Positions 56,227 through 64,000 of a stretch of 64,000 bases of DNA are shown piece after piece. Origin of the DNA: Eledone cirrhosa (lineage: Eukaryota). The notes below the pieces were generated by a model. That model was not told the DNA's origin and did no database searches. It was given only the letters and a program-made list of their open reading frames with translations. The translations under genes and the position numbers were made by a program. The stretch lies in assembly GCA_964016885.1 (NCBI GenBank), contig OZ024740.1:21018001-21082000 (forward strand). The letters run 5' to 3'. Positions within the stretch are counted from its first letter, which is position 1. Every line of letters begins with the position of its first letter.

Positions 56227-57565
56227 ATGTACCATTCTTTCTTTCAATGTCATATTATCAGACAGTATATCTTCGACTACATTAGACAATGTACCATTCC
56301 TTCTTTCAATGTGATATTATCAAACAGTATATCTTGGACTACATTAGACAATGTATCGTTCCTTCTTTCAATGTGATATTATCAGACAGTATACCTTGGA
56401 CTACATTAGACAATGTACCATTCCTTCTTTCAATGTGATATTATCAGACAGTATATCTTGGACTGCATTAGACAATGTACCTTTCCTTCGTTCAAGGTGA
56501 TATTATCAGACAGTATATCTTGGACTACACTAGACAATGTACCATTCCTTCTTTCAAGGTGATATTATCAAACAGTATATCTTGGACTAAATTAGACAAT
56601 GTACCATTCCTTCTTTCAATGTCATATTATCAGACAGTATATCTTGGACTACCTTAGACAATGTACCATTCCTTCTTTCATGGTGATATTATCAGAAAGT
56701 ATATCTTGGACTACATTAGACAATGTACCATTCCTTCTTTCAAGGTGATATTATCAGACAGTATATCTTGGACTACATTAGACAATGTATCGTTCCTTCT
56801 TTTAATGTGATATTATCAGACAGTATATCTTGGACTACATTAGACAATGTACCATTCCTTCTTTCAATGTGATATTATCAGACAGTATATCTTGGACTAC
56901 ATTAGACAATGTACCATTCCTTCTTTCAATGGGATATTAGCAGACAGTATATCTTGGACTACATTAGACAATATACCATTCCTTCTTTCAATATGATATT
57001 ATCAGACAGTATATCTTGGACTACATTAGACAATGTTCCATTCCTTCTTTCAATGTGATATTATCAGACAGTATATCTTGGACTACATTAGACAATGTAC
57101 CATTCCTTCTTTCAATCGGATATTATCAGACAGTATATCTTGGACTACATTAGACAATATACCATTCCTTCTTTCAATGTGATATTATCAGACAATATAT
57201 CTTGGACTACATTAGACAATGTACCATTTCTTCTTTCAATGTTATATTATCAGACAGTATATCTTGGACTACATTAGACAATGTTCCATTCCTTCTTTCA
57301 ATGTGATATTATCAGACAGTATATATTGGACTACATTAGACAATGTACCATTCCTTCTTTCAATGGGATATTATCAGACAGTATATCTTGGACTACATTA
57401 GACAATGTACCATTCCTTCTTTCAAGGTGATATTATCAGACAGTATATCTTGGACTACATTAGACAATGTACCATTCCTTCTTTCAATGTGATATTATCA
57501 GACAGTGTATCTTGGACTCCATTAGACAATGTACCATTCCTTCTATCAATGTGATATTATCAGAC

Positions 57566-57652
57566 TGTCTAATGTAGTCCAAGATATACTGTCTGATAAT
57601 ATCACATTGAAAGAAGGAATGGTACATTGTCTAATGTAGTCCAAGTTATACT
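57566..57652 (-). repeat. 87-bp inverted segment, copy 28 (caagttatact)
   Basis: Reverse-complement segment, same junctions. Confidence 0.95.
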
Positions 57653-58433
57653 ATGTACCATTCCTTCTTTCAATGTCATATTATCAGACAGTATATCTTC
57701 GACTACATTAGACAATGTACCATTCCTTCTTTCAATGTGATATTATCAAACAGTATATCTTGGACTACATTAGACAATGTATCGTTCCTTCTTTCAATGT
57801 GATATTATCAGACAGTATATCTTGGACTACATTAGACAATGTACCATTTCTTCTTTCAATGTGATATTATCAGACAGTATATCTTGGACTGCATTAGACA
57901 ATGTACCATTCCTTCCTTCAAGGTGATATTATCAGACAGTATATCTTGAACTACACTAGACAATGAACCATTCCTTCTTTCAAGGTGATATTATCAGACA
58001 GTATATCTTGGACTAAATTAGACAATGTACCATTCCTTCTTTCAATGTCATATTATCAGACAGTATATCTTGGACTTCATTAGACAATATACCATTCCTT
58101 CTTTCAATGTGATATTATCAGACAGTATATCTTGGACTACATTAGACAATGTACCATTCCTTCTTTCAAGGTGATATTATCAGACAGTATATCTTGGACT
58201 ACATTAGACAATGTACCATTCCTTCTTTCAAGGTGATATTATCAGACAGTATATCTTGGACTACATTAGACAATGTACCATTCCTTATTTCAAGGTGATA
58301 TTATCAGACAGTATACCTTGGACTACATTAGACAATGTACTATTCCTTCTTTCAAGGTGATATTATCAGACAGTATATCTTGGACTACATTAGACAATGT
58401 ACCATTCCTTCTTTCAATGTGATATTATCAGAC

Positions 58434-58520
58434 TGTCTAATGTAGTCCAAGATATACTGTCTGATAATATCACATTGAAAGAAGGAATGGTACATTGTCT
58501 AATGTAGTCCAAGATATACT
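58434..58520 (-). repeat. 87-bp inverted segment, copy 29 (tgtct; upstream markers absent)
   Basis: Reverse-complement segment, same junctions. Confidence 0.95.
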
Positions 58521-59858
58521 ATGTACCATTCTTTCTTTCAATGTCATATTATCAGACAGTATATCTTCGACTACATTAGACAATGTACCATTCCTTCTTT
58601 CAATGTGATATTATCAAACAGTATATCTTGGACTACATTAGACAATGTATCGTTCCTTCTTTCAATGTGATATTATCAGACAGTATACCTTGGACTACAT
58701 TAGACAATGTACCATTCCTTCTTTCAATGTGATATTATCAGACAGTATATCTTGGACTGCATTAGACAATGTACCTTTCCTTCGTTCAAGGTGATATTAT
58801 CAGACAGTATATCTTGGACTACACTAGACAATGTACCATTCCTTCTTTCAAGGTGATATTATCAAACAGTATATCTTGGACTAAATTAGACAATGTACCA
58901 TTCCTTCTTTCAATGTCATATTATCAGACAGTATATCTTGGACTTCATTAGACAATATACCATTCCTTCTTTCAATGTGATATTATCAGACAGTATATCT
59001 TGGACTACCTTAGACAATGTACCATTCCTTCTTTCATGGTGATATTATCAGACAGTATATCTTGGACTACATTAGACAATGTACCATTCCTTCTTTCAAG
59101 GTGATATTATCAGACAGTATATCTTGGACTACATTAGACAATGTATCGTTCCTTCTTTTAATGTGATATTATCAGACAGTATATCTTGGACTACATTAGA
59201 CAATGTACCATTCCTTCTTTCAATGTGATATTATCAGACAGTATATCTTGGACTACATTAGACAATGTACCATTCCTTCTTTCAATGGGATATTAGCAGA
59301 CAGTATATCTTGGACTAGATTAGACAATATACCATTCCTTCTTTCAATATGATATTATCAGACAGTATATCTTGGACTACATTAGACATGTACCATTCCT
59401 TCTTTCAATCGGATATTATCAGACAGTATATCTTGGACTACATTAGACAATATACCATTCCTTCTTTCAATGTGATATTATCAGACAATATATCTTGGAC
59501 TACATTAGACAATGTACCATTTCTTCTTTCAATGTTATATTATCAGACAGTATATCTTGGACTACATTAGACAATGTTCCATTCCTTCTTTCAATGTGAT
59601 ATTATCAGACAGTATATATTGGACTACATTAGACAATGTACCATTCCTTCTTTCAATGGGATATTATCAGACAGTATATCTTGGACTACATTAGACAATG
59701 TACCATTCCTTCTTTCAAGGTGATATTATCAGACAGTATATCTTGGACTACATTAGACAATGTACCATTCCTTCTTTCAATGTGATATTATCAGACAGTG
59801 TATCTTGGACTCCATTAGACAATGTACCATTCCTTCTATCAATGTGATATTATCAGAC

Positions 59859-59945
59859 TGTCTAATGTAGTCCAAGATATACTGTCTGATAATATCACAT
59901 TGAAAGAAGGAATGGTACATTGTCTAATGTAGTCCAAGTTATACT
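59859..59945 (-). repeat. 87-bp inverted segment, copy 30 (caagttatact)
   Basis: Reverse-complement segment, same junctions. Confidence 0.95.
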
Positions 59946-61369
59946 ATGTACCATTCCTTCTTTCAATGTCATATTATCAGACAGTATATCTTCGACTACA
60001 TTAGACAATGTACCATTCCTTCTTTCAATGTGATATTATCAAACAGTATATCTTGGACTACATTAGACAATGTATCGTTCCTTCTTTCAATGTGATATTA
60101 TCAGACAGTATATCTTGGACTACATTAGACAATGTACCATTTCTTCTTTCAATGTGATATTATCAGACAGTTTATCTTGGACTGCATTAGACAATGTACC
60201 ATTCCTTCCTTCAAGGTGATATTATCAGACAGTATATCTTGAACTACACTAGACAATGAACCATTCCTTCTTTCAAGGTGATATTATCAGACAGTATATC
60301 TTGGACTAAATTAGACAATGTACCATTCCTTCTTTCAATGTCATATTATCAGACAGTATATCTTGGACTTCATTAGACAATATACCATTCCTTCTTTCAA
60401 TGTGATATTATCAGACAGTATATCTTGGACTACATTAGACAATGTACCATTCCTTCTTTCAAGGTGATATTATCAGACAGTATATCTTGGACTACATTAG
60501 ACAATGTACCATTCCTTCTTTCAAGGTGATATTATCAGACAGTATATCTTGGACTACATTAGACAATGTACCATTCCTTATTTCAAGGTGATATTATCAG
60601 ACAGTATATCTTGGACTACATTAGACAATGTACCATTCCTTCTTTCAATGTTATATTATCAGAGAGTATATCTTCGACTACATTAGACAATATACCATTC
60701 CTTCTTTCAATGTGATATTATCAGACAGTATATCTTGGACAACATTCGACAATGTACCATTCTTTCTTTCAAGGTGATATTATCAGACAGTATATCTTGG
60801 ACTACAATAGACAATGTACCATTCCTACTTTCAATGTGATATTAACAGACAGTATATCTTGGACTACATTAGACAATGTACCATTCCTTCTTTCAATGTG
60901 ATATTATCAGACAGTATATCATGGACTACATTATACAATGTACCATTCCTTCTTTCAATGTTATATTATCAGACTGTATATCTTGGACTACATTAGACAA
61001 TATACCATTCCTTCTTTCAATGTGATATTATCAGACAGTATATCTTGGACTACATTAGACAATGTACCATTCCTTCTTTCAATGTGATATTATCAGACAG
61101 TATATCTTGGACTACATTAGACAATGTACCATTCCTTCTTTCAATGTGATATTATCAGACAGTATATCTTGGACTACATTAGACAATGTACCCTTCCTTC
61201 TTTCAATGGGATATTATCAGACAGTATATCTTGGACTACATTAGACAATGTACCATTCCTTCTTTCAAGTTGATATTATCAGACAGTATATCTTGGACTA
61301 CATTAGACAATGTACCATTCCTTCTTTCAATGTGATATTATCAGACAGTATATCTTGGACTACATTAGA

Positions 61370-64000
61370 CAATGTACCATTCCTTCTTTCAATGGGATAT
61401 TATCAGACAGTATATCTTGGACTACATTAGACAATGTACCATTTCTTCTTTCAAGTTGATATTATCAGACAGTATATCTTGGACTACATTAGACAATGTA
61501 CCATTCCTTCTTTCAATGTGATATTATCAGACAGTGTATCTTGCACTACATTAGACAATGTACCATTCCTTCTGTCAATGTGATATTATCAGACTGCCTA
61601 ATGTAGTCCAAGATTTACTGTCTGATAATATCACATTGAAAGAAGGAATGGTACATTGTCTAATGTAGTCCAAGATATACTATGTACCATTCCTTCTTTC
61701 AATGTCATATTATCAGACAGTATATCTTCGACTACAATAGACAATGTACCATTCCTACTTTCAATGTGATATTAACAGACAGTATATCTTGGACTACATT
61801 AGACAATGTAGCATTCCTTCTTTCAATGTGATATTATCAGACAGTATATCATGGACTACATTATACAATGTACCATTCCTTCTTTCAATGTTATATTATC
61901 AGACTGTATATCTTGGACTACATTAGACAATATACCATTCCTTCTTTCAATGTGATATTATCAGATAGTATATCTTGGACTACATTAGACAATGTACCAT
62001 TCCTTCTTTCAATGTGATATTATCAGACAGTATATCTTGGACTGCATTAGACAATGTACCATTCCTTCGTTCAAGGTGATATTATCAGACAGTATATCTT
62101 GGACTACACTAGACAATGTACCATTCCTTCTTTCAAGGTGATATTATCAGACAGTATATCTTGGACTAAATTAGACAATGTACCATTCCTTCTTTCAATG
62201 TCATATTATCAAACAGTATATCTTGGACTTCATTAGACAATATACCATTCCTTCTTTCAATGTGATATTATCAGACAGTATATCTTGGACTACATTAGAC
62301 ATTGTACCATTCCTTCTTTCAAGGTGATATTAACAGACAGTATATCTTGGACTACATTAGACAATGTACCATTCCTTCTTTCAAGGTGATATTATCAGAC
62401 AGTATATCTTGGACTACATTAGACAATGTACCATTCCTTCTTTCAAGGTGATATTATCAGACAGTATATCTTGGACTACATTAGACAATGTACCATTCCT
62501 TCTTTCAATGTTATATTATCAGACAGTATATCTTCAACTACATTAGACAATATACCATTCCTTCTTTCAATGTGATATTATCAGACAGTATATCTTGGAC
62601 AACATTAGACAATGTACCATTCTTTCTTTCAAGGTGATATTATCAGACATTATATCTTGGACTACAATAGACAATGTACCATTCCTACTTTCAATGTGAT
62701 ATTATCAGACAGTATATCTTTGACTACATTAGACAATGCACCATTCCTTCTTTCAATGTGATATTATCAGACAGTATATCATGGACTACATTATAAAATG
62801 TACCATTCCTTCTTTCAATGTTATATTATCAGACTGTATATCTTGGACTACATTAGACAATATACCATTCCTTCTTTCAATGTGATATTATCAGACAGTA
62901 TATCTTGGACTACATTAGACAATGTACCATTCCTTCTTTCAATGTGATATTATCAGACAGTATATCTTGGACTACATTATACAATGTACCATTCCTTCTT
63001 TCAATGTTATATTATCAGACTGTATATCTTGGACTACATTAGACAATATACCATTCCTTCTTTCAATGTGATATTATCAGACAGTATATCTTGGACTACA
63101 TTAGACAATGTATCGTTCCTTCTTTCAATGTGATATTATCAGACAGTATACCTTGCACTACATTAGACAATGTACCATTCTTTCTTTCAAGGTGATATTA
63201 TCAGACAGTATATCTTGGACTACATTAGACAATGTACCATTCCTTCTTTCAATGTGATATTATCAGACAGTATAACTTTGACTACATTAGACAAAGTACC
63301 GTTCCTTCTTTCAATGTGATATTATCAGACAGTATATCTTGGACTACATTAGACAATGTACCATTCCTTCTTTCAAGGTGATATTATCAGACAGTATATC
63401 TTGGACTACATTAGACGATGTACCGTTCCTTCTTTCAATGTGATATTATCAGACAGTATATCTTGGACAACATTAGACAATGTACCATTCTTTCTTTCAA
63501 GGTGATATTATCATACAGTATATCTTGGACTACAATAGACAATGTACCATTCCTACTTTCAATGTGATATTATCAGACAGTATATCTTGGACTACATTAG
63601 AGATTGTACCATTCCTTCTTTCCATGTGATATTATCAGACAGTATATCATGGACTACATTATACAATGTACCATTCCTTCTTTCAATGTTATAATATCAG
63701 ACTGTATATCTTGGCCTACAGTAGACAATATACCATTCCTTCTTTCAATGTGATATTATCAGACAGTATATCTTGGACTACATTAGACAATGTACCATTC
63801 CTTCTTTCAATGTGATATTATCAGACAGTATATCTTGGACTACATTAGACAATGTACCATTCCTTCTTTCAATGGGATATTATCAGACAGTATATCTTGG
63901 ACTACATTAAACAATGTACCATTCCTTCTTTCAAGGTGATATTATCAGACAGTATATCTTGGACTACATTAGACAATGTACCATTCCTTCTTTCAACGTC
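61370..64000 (+). repeat. Long-range duplicate of ~30120-32750 (offset 31247 bp = 504 monomers - 1 bp)
   Basis: ORFs at 30497/61744, 30807/62054 and 31117/62364. Inversions at 30348/61595. Rare variant agattgtacc...ttccatg at 32354/63601. Confidence 0.85.
61595..61681 (-). repeat. 87-bp inverted segment, copy 31 (tgcct)
   Basis: Reverse-complement segment, same junctions; private SNP agatttact. Confidence 0.95.

Larger units (their letters stand above)
1..64000 (+). repeat. 62-bp tandem satellite DNA array, ~1,030 monomers, running off both ends of the window
   Basis: Consensus AATGTACCATTCCTTCTTTCAATGTGATATTATCAGACAGTATATCTTGGACTACATTAGAC recurs head-to-tail throughout (monomer starts 31, 93, 155...). 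Most copies differ from consensus by only a few substitutions. ORF-track starts are spaced at multiples of 62. Confidence 0.99.

Noticed and set aside
4175-61681. Active invertible switch, shufflon or integron-like cassette system
   Set aside because: No recombinase gene in the window, no inverted recombination sites at the ends, and shared flanking SNPs indicate inheritance from one event.
218-62546. More than 100 near-identical 60-aa ORFs (MYHSFFQ...LGLH)
   Set aside because: They are artefacts of a 62-bp period. Three monomers cycle through all frames, and an ORF appears whenever the TGA in aatgTGA is mutated. They overlap in different frames and show no RBS, promoter context or codon-level constraint.
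1-64000. CRISPR array (regular ~62-bp period, partly palindromic)
   Set aside because: There are no unique spacers, since the entire 62 bp is repeated. No leader or cas genes are present.
1-64000. Assignment as centromere, telomere or plasmid iteron array, or to a specific taxon
   Set aside because: No telomeric motif, rep gene, recognisable CENP-B box or unique flank. Assignment needs a database search with the consensus and CENH3 ChIP or FISH data.

Overview
The whole 64 kb window is one AT-rich tandem satellite array of about 1,030 copies of a 62-bp monomer (consensus AATGTACCATTCCTTCTTTCAATGTGATATTATCAGACAGTATATCTTGGACTACATTAGAC, 20/62 G+C, no CpG). I see no unique sequence, credible gene, RNA gene, transposon or CRISPR array. 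The ~60-aa ORFs are translation artefacts of the repeat. The most notable structure is an 87-bp in-place inversion with identical breakpoints, which I counted 31 times. It preserves the 62-bp register and could pair with either flank as an 87-bp stem with a 37-nt loop. Linked SNPs indicate one ancestral inversion spread by kb-scale segmental duplications (offsets 6956, 4902, 6144, 2604, 3286, 2480, 9858/9796, 6820, 16430 and 31247 bp). The array has a more diverged, indel-rich zone (~1.2-6 kb) and two haplotype domains (A: ~7.7-33 kb and ~60.5-64 kb; B: ~33-60.5 kb). It looks like eukaryotic heterochromatic or centromere-type satellite DNA, but the organism and any function cannot be determined from this window. 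All coordinates were read by eye and block boundaries are approximate.
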